Shown piece after piece: positions 36,031 to 48,000 of a stretch of DNA of 64,000 bases. A model generated the notes under the pieces. The model worked only from the letters and a program-made list of their open reading frames with translations. It had not been told where the DNA came from and did no database searches. The position numbers and the translations under genes are program-made. The DNA comes from Mytilus edulis (lineage: Eukaryota), in NCBI RefSeq assembly GCF_963676685.1, contig NC_092353.1, positions 806,001 through 870,000 on the forward strand. The letters are read 5' to 3'. Within the stretch, counting starts at the first letter, position 1; each line of letters opens with the position of its first letter.

Positions 36031-39000
36031 TCATGATTCTGAGGGACTTTCGATTGGTTCTAAGTCTGAGGAGTAAGATTCCATTCTCTGTAGTAACTGT
36101 GTAGCGACAGGACAGAAGTCTTCAGACCAGGTATCGTGGAAAAAATGTTTCATCTCCTCATCTTCTTCATCCAAGTCCTCAAATGCACATTCTCTATCTG
36201 TAAATACAAAATAAATTCATAATACATATCATCTCAATTAAACAAATTAAATTTTCATGGTTCATGTCCCACTTTAGAAAAAAGAGATGAAGTTTTCTGA
36301 TCTGTTGAAATACCAGGAACTAAACTGTTTGAATGGTTTTATACTAGTAAATATTGGGGCCCTATATAGCTTACTGTTCGGTGTGAGTCAAGGCTCCTTG
36401 TTGAACACCGTACTTTGACTTATAATGGTTTTTCTTTTACAATTTGTGACTTGGATGGAGTGTTGTCTCATTGGCACTCATACCCTTTCTTCTTATTTCT
36501 ATGTATAAGACATTTAAAATATAAATTCTTGACTTTATAAGCTATATAATCTGACTGGTTTTTTTTACTATACATAAAATTGAGAATGGAAATGGGGAAT
36601 GTGTCAAAGAGACAACAACCCGACCAAATAAAAAACAACAGCAGAGGGTCACCAACAGGTATCTGTATTCAAAGACAATGCAAGGTTTTTCCTTATATAA
36701 CATCAAAAAGCATACTTATTTACCTAATAATTCTAACAAAACATCATTTAAGTCTTTAGATTCCTGTTCCCCAAAACATGAATTAGTACTGGTTATTTTA
36801 ACGCTGTAATTCCACAAGATTTGACACACCATACTGGCTAACTCCCAGTCTGTTTTGGCAAAATCTCTTAATACTTCTATTAATCTGAAATTATAAAAGA
36901 GTCATTCATTTATACAGTACGTTAAAGTTAGGTAAATAAAGTATAGACACACTTTTCTTATATAATATCAAAGTCAAAATTAGAACTTTACCAATCCTAA
37001 ATACTTTCTCATTTAATAGCTTCTGCAGAATCAATTTTTGACTTTTATCAGTGTCCGCATTTAAATTTGTTGAAGAACTAATATATGTCTAATGATGTCT
37101 TGATTTTTGTTTGTGTTCTGTTTCTGTCTCATTGATATATAAAATCCTATTCTGTCTTATTGATTTTTTCATCCCTGAAAACCTATCATGAGTCTAATAT
37201 ATTACATTACAGTAACTCAGCATTTTTTTAAATTCTGACAATGATCAATTTTCTCACCATTGACAAATATTTTTATTTATCAAAGTTGTACATATATTGA
37301 TGCAAGTTTGTTGTGTTTGGTAAAGTATGCATGTTTATGCTATTTATAGATAGGTCTGTTTGATTGGATATATAAAGTATGCAGGTAGAATTTTATGCAT
37401 GAGTGGTTTGATAGTAGTTAAAGTCATTCGAGTCATTGCAGTTCTAGAGGCTTTTTTCCAAATAAATAATTATAAAAAATATTTATTTACAGATTGATAG
37501 TCCAAGATGAGTCGCTAATATTGATGTGCTAGTCAGAGACGGACAATTTTCGCAATTCTCATTGATATAAAATGAATTACGTGTACTTATTACCTGAATA
37601 AAAATGCACTTGACTTTTGCAAGTGGCTACTCCCAAGTGAGAGTTTTGTATTATATTGATAAATGTTTTATGCTCCGTTGAATTAGAACATAACTTGAGT
37701 TCAATTACTCAACTCTTATATCATAACACTTACTTTGCAATGCCGCCATCTTTTTTTAATACTGATCTATTCTCATCGTCCACCATAAAGTTGATAAGAA
37801 CACCACAGGCTATGTAAACCACTTCTCTGTTACCAGAATCTAACATTGTTATCATCATCTGATCAACTACAAGCAAACATCAATATAAAATAACCCAATT
37901 TTTATCAATATACTTCGTAGTTTGAGATTATTTCAATTATTGATACTTTGTGTATTTTTCCTTTGATCTTTATTGTGACAATTTTTCATATCACAATACT
38001 CTATATTTAACACAACTATTAATCATGCAGAGACAATTTAATTTCCTCAAATGTACTTGAGGTTGTTGTTTTAAACTCTTTATTTCTTATAGGATATTTT
38101 TACAAATAAATTATTGTTCCCATCCCATTTTGTGCCTCTTTTTTCTTGAGAAAAAGGTTTGTTTATGTGTTACATATTTGTTTTTTGTTTATTTATATAC
38201 TGTAAATTCAGAAATTAATTACGTGCATTTATTATTGCGATTTTGTCATTGAAGACTTAAATGCGATTTTAATTATTACGATTTTGAGAAAAATCCTGTT
38301 TAATTCATATAAAACATTTCAAAATGCGAGTTTAAATTATTGCGTTTACAACTCTGTCGCATTTTTCGCAATATTAAAAACCTCACAATAATTTCTGAAT
38401 TTACAGTTAATGAGGCTGTTAGTTTCTCGTTTGAATTGTTTTACATAGTCATATCAGGGCCTTTTATATCTGCCTATGCGGTATGGGCTTTGCTCATTGT
38501 TGAAGGTAATACAATGACCTATAGTTGTTAATGTCTGTGTCATTTTGGTCTCTTGTGGACAGTTGTCTCATTGGCAATCATACCAAATCTTCTTTTTTAT
38601 ATTGAACCACAAAGTGTTACCTGGATATGTTATTTCAGTGACATGGAAATCATAAAATTATTTTAATTTACCTTTATTTGCCACCAGATAGTCTCTGACA
38701 CATTTTTGTCGAGTAAGATTTCCGAAAACTCTAGATGACTCAACCATAGCCTCCATATTATCAGCTAGTACCATTTTTAGTAAAACTAAAATTATCAATA
38801 TCAGATATAGTAAACCATTGTTTATGATAATTAAATTCACAATCTATAGGATTTAAGTACAAATATCAAGACAAACAAATACTTCTATGAGTGATTTTCA
38901 ACTATTTAATTTTGAGCGTCTGCCATAAATCAGGAGCGTGTGATTCAATGGTTGTTCTTTGATGCTGCATATTTTGCTTTGTACATTGTTTTATTGTGTG

Positions 39001-42000
39001 CATAATCAGGCCATTAGTTTTCTCCTTTGCACTGTTTTACATTTATCATTTTGGGTCTGTTTATAACTGACACTGCAGAATGGGTTTTGCTTCTTGTTGA
39101 AGGCCAAACAGTGATTTATAATTGTTAACTTCTATCAATCTTACTCACCCTCTATAATTCTCATTTGCTGATCTGTTATTGCACTAGTTTTTGTGTTGTA
39201 AAAAGATAAATTATTTATAGTTGCTACAGTATTAAGTGATAACTCTTCACTGGACTGTACATCTTTACATTCTGCAATGGAATAACAAATATTTATGTAT
39301 TCTACAAAGCAGTTCACTAATGTGAGTTTTGTGTCTTATTGTTATTTTCAGAGTTTTTGACATTTTAGATTTTTCAGCTCTTTTTACCTTGTATATCATT
39401 GTAAAATTTCAATGGATTTCTACAATAAACTTTATATATGTGAAGTGAAAAAGTAATTGTTTTACTTTTTCCCACTTTTTCTGCAATAAACTATCCCAGG
39501 TATAGAGGAGTTGAGTGCTGACAAACATGTTAAACTCGCCCACATCTAGAGTGTGCCTGTCTCAGGTTATTCAGTGTTTGTGATTGGTCGTTATCCCCCA
39601 TATTGGTTTTTTGTTTAGCGTTGTAGTACAAAGAAACCCTTTGTATAAATTGCTTAATAATTGGTACATTTTTTAATCTTATTAAAACTGATGAGTATTT
39701 ACCTAATATATTAAGTAAAAGTTCAACAAATTGTTGATTTGATGCTAATACTGGTCCCACCATCTCATTGATGGACATATTGGCAACTACCCGTACAGTT
39801 TTAATGAGAACATCTTCACAGTCGTTGCCTTTACTGCTATCCTGTTTACTGGTCTCTTTCTCTTTTTCCCTAGATTTTATCTACAGAATATAAGTAAACA
39901 AGAAATGAAATTGGGAAAGTAAATAATTTTATAATTCTGCTTTTTTTTAAATTCTGATAATTTTTCAGAGGCAACTTTTGCTTTTTAAACCTCTTAATTT
40001 TAAAGGCAGTCATTAATGCTCTTTCACTTCCATATATACCAAAAAAGAATGTATGCTCTATGAACCAAACCTACAAACCTTGATATCTCGATCTAGATAA
40101 TATTTCATTATAGCTAATAAAGCATCCATTGATTTGTTCTCCTGGAAAAGGCGAAGTCTGGCGTCGTCGTTCTTAGCTGTCATGTTACCCAATATAAAAC
40201 ACACTCTTACAACAACATCCTGAAAAACAAGTGTTCTACAAATGATATCGGATATGTTCCTTACGTCGTAACTACAATCCCCTTCCCTTTCATGAATATG
40301 ACCTACCGAATTAGACTATTTACTGGATTTGTAATCACATAAGCAACACGACGGGTGCCACATGTGGAGCAGGATCTGCTTACCCTTCCGGAGCACCTGA
40401 GATCACCCCTAGTTTTTGGTGGGGTTCGTGTTGTTTATTCTTTAGTTTTCTATGTTGTGTCGTGTGTACTTTTGTTTTTCTGTTTGTCTTTTTCATTTTT
40501 AGCCATGGCGTTGTCAGTTTGTTTTAGATTTATGAGTTTGACTGTCCCTTTGGTATCTTTCGTCCCTCTTTTTCTAATGAAAATATAAATATAACATAAT
40601 TCTATGATTGATTCTAATTAGATATGATATTTCTCCACTCAACACAATAAAATATTTTAAAATTAATTGTTCGTGGTTGTGAAATGTCTGTCTATGTGAT
40701 ATTATCTGTTTTAAAATGATTATTACATCATTTATGTAAGAACTTTATGGTAGTTAGCAAAATATTCAGAAATGTTTTGAGAGGTGTTATATTGAAATAG
40801 CCTTGACCATGCTTTCAAACTGCTAATGTAATGTCATGGTTACCACACAATGAACTCCATTTCCTTGGATAATCTTGTTTTCAGCAAAGAATACAAAACA
40901 AATTCCTATATCTTCTATGTAAAATTTTTCATTTAATTAAAGTCTTCTGCATTGGCTAGAGGTATAGGGGAAGGGTTGAGATCTCACAAACATGTCTAAC
41001 CCCGCCGCATTTTTGCGCCTGTCCCAAGTCAGGAGCTTCTGGCCTTTGTTAGTCTTGTATTATTTTAACTTTTAGTTTCTTGTGTACAATATGGAGTTTA
41101 GTATGGCATTTATTATCACTGAACTAGTATATATTTGTTTAGTTTTGGCCAGTTGAAGGTAGCCTCCGGGTGCGGGAATTTCTCGCTACATTGAAGACCT
41201 GTTGGTGACCTTCTGCTGTTGTCTGCTCTATGGTCGGGTTGTTGTCTCTTTGGCACATTCCCCATTTCCATTCTCAATTTTATTATCCTATTTAATCTTT
41301 TACATTAACAATGATTTGACAGTTGTTGAGATTGACACTATAAATAAAAACATAAAATTTTGTGTTAATCTTTTTTTTAAATTTTGTTTTGTGTGTTCTG
41401 CTACTATGGCAACTGAAATGAAACAACCAAACTTACTGCTTTGTGTTGTTGTTTGTTGAGTAGATGGATGAAAGACTTGTACGCTGACGGCTGTGTAATA
41501 AGAGCCATACAGCAGTCTGTATGTAACGTCACTTTACTGAAATACAATAGAAATAAATCACAGTTGTATTATTCACCTTTAGTTCCAGTCACTCTGACGT
41601 ATATGTTTTCAACAAATAAAGTTAAGTATATCAATATTCCAATCAAAAGTTAAGTGCAGATCACATGGTGTTCCAAAAGTTTGGTGTGATAGATATGATA
41701 ACAATAGTTTTATACTTATGTCGAAGGATAAAACAAATTAAAACTAAATCATTTTCCCTTCCCCTGCAGTAGATGTTTATTGTACATGTATAATTCTTTC
41801 TAATAATCTAACTATAACAGACCTACCTAAATATACGTGATATATTTAACATGAGATCTCCATCAGCAGTGTATGTATCTATAACATAACATAAAGATTC
41901 CAGCCCTTTACTGTTTAGTAACCTTTCCCTACTAGAACTGGCATCAGCGAGGTTCCTCATTGCTGCAGTTAACTGAAAAATATATAAGTCTGTCTTCTAA

Positions 42001-45000
42001 ACCCTTAATGTAAAATGGGTACTTTATAGAAATCAAGAATATTTGACCTGTCAGAAATCACCACACTGAAGAAGCTGGTCTGGGATTTCTCTAATGTTAA
42101 AATACTTTTGACATGTAAATTTCTTGTTTTGATGTGTGATTAAAGTTGCTTATTTAATTTTTAAAGGAAATTGCAGAGTCTGACAAATGTTTAACAGATT
42201 TACCAGGAATGTCATAACATACGATTTTACTTGTTAATGTTAACATTTCTGTTTTTTGTCTATGTGTAATAAATAATCTTTGTCCCTCATATTTTAGACA
42301 CTGTTTTTCTTGCTTTTCTTATGGTTTTCTCTACCATAGCCTTCTGTCAAACAAAAGGTGATTTTTAAATTATTTTTATTGATTTTCAATTCTAATGACC
42401 TACAATACTTACCTGAACTAATATATGTCCTAACTGGTCATTGGGTTTGGAATTTTCTCTATTCTGAAAAACAAAATTTTAATTAGACAAAGTGAAAGGG
42501 TTCAATACAACATATAAGTAGATCAAGCCTTTGGAACATGTAAACTTAAACTGTGTACCACATGCACAGGCTTTTCTTTTTATTGACATACAATGTACTA
42601 TCATGGGAAAAGTTAACATGGAGCTCAGAAGCCAAAGAATTGGGCAAGCTTGACCTTTAAATTTAAGTTGAAAAAAAATCCACAGTGGTTATACATGTAG
42701 TTAATTTTTCATATTGTCAGAGGTTTGGCCCCTGGTTTGAAAATGCTAAGTCTTTTTTCTGACTATAAATGGTTTAAGTATTTGAAATAATTTTTTTATC
42801 AATTTTTTTTTTCTTTTTTCTTTTTTCTTTTTCTCACTGTTTTACTTTAATATTACTCAGAATAAGTTAACTAATTCAGGAGCGAGACTTCTGATATGTT
42901 TTGTAACAATAAGCCCTGATTCTGTATATGTTCAATGTTTAGGCCTAAATTAATAAATTGTTTGCTTCCCCAATCCGGACCCTGCCAAGCCATGTGTGGG
43001 TAGGTAGGTAGGGAAATAATTTTTATTTTTTCCCAAAAGCTGGAACAATATCGGTCGATCTGGCAAGACTGAAAATTGAAAATGAATAAATGATATTTGA
43101 CTTAGTTTTGACAATAAAATTTTATGAGCCAGACTGTTTTTACAGATTCGGTAGGGATTGGGGAAACAAACAATATTTTATTTTAGGCCTTATTCATCAC
43201 TGTCCATATCAAAGTTAGCTAATGCATTTTTGTAACCATATGCAGATATTATTTAAGCTTTGTTTTGATTAATTCTTGGATAATTCTAATCAGGGCCTTA
43301 TTAGTGTATATACTCACTATTTCATTGATATCCATCAATAAGTTAGCTAATGCCCTTCTTCTGACCTTTAGTCATTGTAATCAGGGGTCATATTACAGTA
43401 TATATACTCACTGTTTTATCCCTATCAATCATTGTAATCAGGGGTCATATTACAGTATATATACTCACTGTTTTATCCCTATCAATCATTGTAATCAGGG
43501 GTTATATTACAGTATATATACTCACTGTTTTATCCCTATCAATCATTGTAATCAGGGGTTATATTACAGTATATATACTCACTGTTTTATCCCTATCAAT
43601 CATTGTAATCAGGGGTCATATTACAGTATATATACTCACTGTTTTATCCCTATCAATCATTGTAATCAGGGGTTATATTACAGTATATATACTCACTGTT
43701 TTATCCCTATCAATCATTGTAATCAGGGGTCATATTACAGTATATATACTCACTGTTTTATCCCTATCAATCATTGTAATCAGGGGTCATATTACAGTAT
43801 ATATACTCACTGTTTAACCCTATCAATCATTGTAATCAGGGGTCATATTACAGTATATATACTCACTGTTTTATCCCTATCAATCATTGTAATCAGGGGT
43901 CATATTACAGTATATATACTCACTGTTTTATCCCTATCAATCATTGTAATCAGGGGTCATATTACAGTATATATACTCACTGTTTTATCCCTATCAATCA
44001 TTGTAATCAGGGGTCATATTACAGTATATATACTCACTGTTTTATCCCTATCAATCATTGTAATCAGGGGTCATATTACAGTATATATACTCACTGTTTT
44101 ATCCCTATCAATCATTGTAATCAGGGGTCATATTACAGTATATATATATACTCACTGTTTTATTAATGCCAATCAATAAGTTAGCTAATGCCTCTATGCA
44201 ATCCTTTTTGACTAGTTCTTTGACTATTTTGGTATTTCCTGTCATGAACTTGATGGCCCCGACACAGTATATTAGAGCCTCAGAAGATGATACTGGGTCT
44301 GTATTCCTAACAGTCTCTAATAATAAATCTGAAAAACAAAGAGTAACAATTAGTTTTTTCTATATTTAAATTCTTCAATTAGTTATTCTATAATTATTTT
44401 GAAAGGCTTTAAGAGAAATACCATATTTCTGATTTCAGGGGCCAATAATGTCTCGGGCTCCTTTGCACAAATGATGTATTGAATGAAAATTTTAGCAAGA
44501 AATATTGAATAGGACAACTTACCTAAAATATCTCCTCTCAGAAACTGTGGGTCATTCTTTTCATTTCTACTGACTTTGAATACAAGTTTACATACACTGG
44601 TTAAATTATTTCCACTAACTTTAAACTGAAACAGAAAATTATTCGGACATAAATCATTTGAAACAGAACATCATTTGTATTTAGTTGTTAAAGTAAAATC
44701 AATCAAGAACATTATTGTACAAGACCAGATGTAATAGGATCTTTTTCAGGTCATAAATTAACTGGGTTTTTCCAAGTCAAACTTATATAAGTTTTAATTA
44801 AGGATTGATGTGATTCATACCGCAACCTTTTCTTTGGTTAGAATGACCTCTCTTCTGTTGGCTAGTGTGCTTGTGTGTAATTTTTCAACATATAACAGGC
44901 TATTATTTGAACTTGGAATTATTTTCAATTATAGAATTTGCATAATTTCTCGTACTTGAAATTTTTTTTAAATTTATTTGGTATTATAATGTTTGAGCGG

Positions 45001-48000
45001 TTTCTAACACTTTCCATATAATGTATTTTGTATAGATAGTGTTGTGCGCGGCACAGTACATTCTATTGAAAATGTACTACCTTTTTTGTAAAATAAAGTG
45101 TTGTGCGCAGCACAGAACATTAAAGTACAGAATAAACATGGAATTTTATATAAAATTTCAAGTAGAAGAAATTATGCAAATTCCATAATTAAAAATAATT
45201 CCAAGTTCAAATAATAGCCTGTTATATATAATCAAAATTTTTAAACATTAAACCAAAAGGCTGTATGGTGACCAATTGCTGTTAATTTCTGTGCAATTTG
45301 GTCTCTTGTGGGAAGTTGTCTCATTGCCTTTCATACCACATCTAGTTTTTTTTATTATATAAAAAATGATTTAAAATCTAATGCATAAAACCTGTATTAA
45401 TTAAACTTTATATTATGTGTTGAAATCTTTCATATATATTTTTAATTGACCTACACTTAATATCAGTCTAGCAAGTCGAAGTAATACTTTAGGGTCATCC
45501 AAATCTAATATTTTGAAGATAGTTTTTAATATGACTGATCGTCTTTTACAATTCTTGCCAAGTAAGTTTTCTTTCAGCAGTATGGCATAAAGTTCATCTG
45601 TAAATTTGACCACATGGTCTGCCTCTTTCTCTGTAATAAAATATAAATCACAAAATATAGTGTATTGTTGATTTTTGTACCATGTATAGTGATTTTTCTT
45701 TTGTGTTAACCAGCAAAGACTAAAACATAGTTTTTACATATAAATTAACATATTAGCTGTGTCAGGTAGAAATAGACCTTATGTAAGTGTACGTTAATAT
45801 GTACATCAATAAGAATCTTGATGGATTTTTGAACATTCTTATACTAATTACAATAAATTAGAAGATTAAGATTGGTCAGTTTTGTAGCATTGGATAAACA
45901 ATTCAACTTGTAAACAGTCCCAACCTTTCCATTCATTTGCATGAGGTCGATTTCTATGCGACACAGCTTATAAATAGAGGAATTAATTCGTTAAAAAAAG
46001 AAGCAACATAATCTATCAATTTAGTTTTTAAATTGGTTTATAATAAAACTATCTATTGACACAAAATCTAGTAGAGTGTTTTTAAAGACAACCTAAACAA
46101 GTACACTAGGAAAATAATGTCTTTTTACCATATGACATCAGACCAAACAAAGTATGGTACAAGACTTACTTTTAGCTGAGACAGTCATTTTCTCCAGCAG
46201 AGGAGCTATGTGATCTGTATAAAATGAAGCTTCTTCAGGTGTTTCTTCAACTTCTCTTTTACCAGCACTACCTGTAATTAGATATACATTATTGTCTTAC
46301 CTGTAAAAATATACATTGTCAAAACAAATTACCTGTGTAGTATCACACATCTTAGTAGAACATAACTATAGGTATTCACGTCTTCCTGTATTAAATTCAT
46401 CATGTTCATAGATATTTGGTTTTTGTTTACCTACTGGTTCCCAGATATGATCTCTATGTTTCATCTTGTAGAAACATAACTTGGGAATGTTACCAGTATA
46501 GTAGCTCAAGGATAAATTGAGGAAGACCCGACATGAAAGGAGGGGTAGAACAGAATTTTAGTATACATAAGTCTATTAGTTTAGATGTTCAGGGCATATA
46601 AATGTTGAAAATATCTCACACAGACCTGTGTTTTGACCTTTGAATTGAATATGAGTGCATATCAACTTTCCACTCTAAGATAGATTTTTTTACATTGTAA
46701 AAGTGGCACAGATTTAGTTGTAAAGGGAGTTTCCATGGGTAATTGCATTGTCTATATTACAGAAGTGCCTAATTGACTTACCTGTTCTGCCAGTACTCCC
46801 AGCACTGGACGTTCTTTTACTTCCCCCACTCCCAACTCTACTCTCTTCTCTACTGCCAGCACTGAAAAAGACAGAAATCAAAATATTAAACACTGAGAAA
46901 AAATTGTTAATGGCAACTGCTGAAATTGTTAGAATTCTATTGTTTACACATTTAGTTTTGTTCAAAGTGTATCAGGTTAATATTTTTATGGTTTTCTCAT
47001 ATACCTTTCCCTTTCTAAAAGATATATATATGATAACAGAAGGACTGCAGTGTTGGATGCTTTCTGATGCTTTAAAATAACTTTTAACTGTTTTCTCCAG
47101 GTATATATATATGCTCATGACTCTAATCATGAAATGAATAATAAATATAATTAACCTTCTGGGAGGACTTCTGACAGCTGCAGAACTAGGTGCTCTGTGA
47201 GCCAAGTCTTTGTCATCTCCTTCTCCCCTCTCCTCTAGAGGTTTGGGTTGGGTTTCCTCCCTACCCTCTATTAAGATATAAATATAATTTACCTTCTTGG
47301 AGGACTTCTAACAGCTGCAGAGCTAGGTGCTCTGTGTGGCATTTCCTTGCCATCTCCCTCTCCCCTCTCTTCTAGAGGTAAAGGTTGTGTTTCATCGCGA
47401 CCCTCTACTGGAGTTCTCTCCTTGGGACCACTATTTACTCTCTTTGTTGGTTCAGAATCTGGAGATTTTATTTGTTTTGATACTACAATTATAAAACAAT
47501 TAAATAAACAGAGCTATACTGAGCCAGTCCCATGTATGTGGTTTTTAATTATATCTATGTGTGATTTATTATGGTCTTTTAAGGTGGTACCTAACACTAC
47601 AGGGAGATAACTCTGTAAAATCAGCTAAAAGTTTAAATTACGTTGTATTGTTAAGGGAATATAAAGCTTCTCAATGATCAAAATTAGTGTTTGTCAATCT
47701 GCTATGTTACCAGTGTAAATTTTCTGATAAAATTATTGGTTCAAATATTTAGAAATTTTAATATAAAAGTCAAAGGGTCAAAATAAATACTTTGTCAAAA
47801 TTTTATGGAAATTAAACGAGCCATATTAATTTCAGCCAAGGTGTTGGAAGTAGGTGTTTATGTCAGATCTTTACTTTTGAAAAGACAGGACTATCTTTGA
47901 GTAATAAGGTTTTATTAAGTTTTGACTTACAATCAGTGAAACAGCGATTTTTTTGGTTTGGACTTTTTTGTATTCAACTGTTTTGGATTTATTGTAAGTG

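Noticed and set aside
43265-44179. 304-aa Cys/His-rich repetitive ORF on the plus strand
   Set aside because: It is the antisense reading of the 57-bp intronic donor-containing array of ARMC2; it has a TTG start and switches frame midway.
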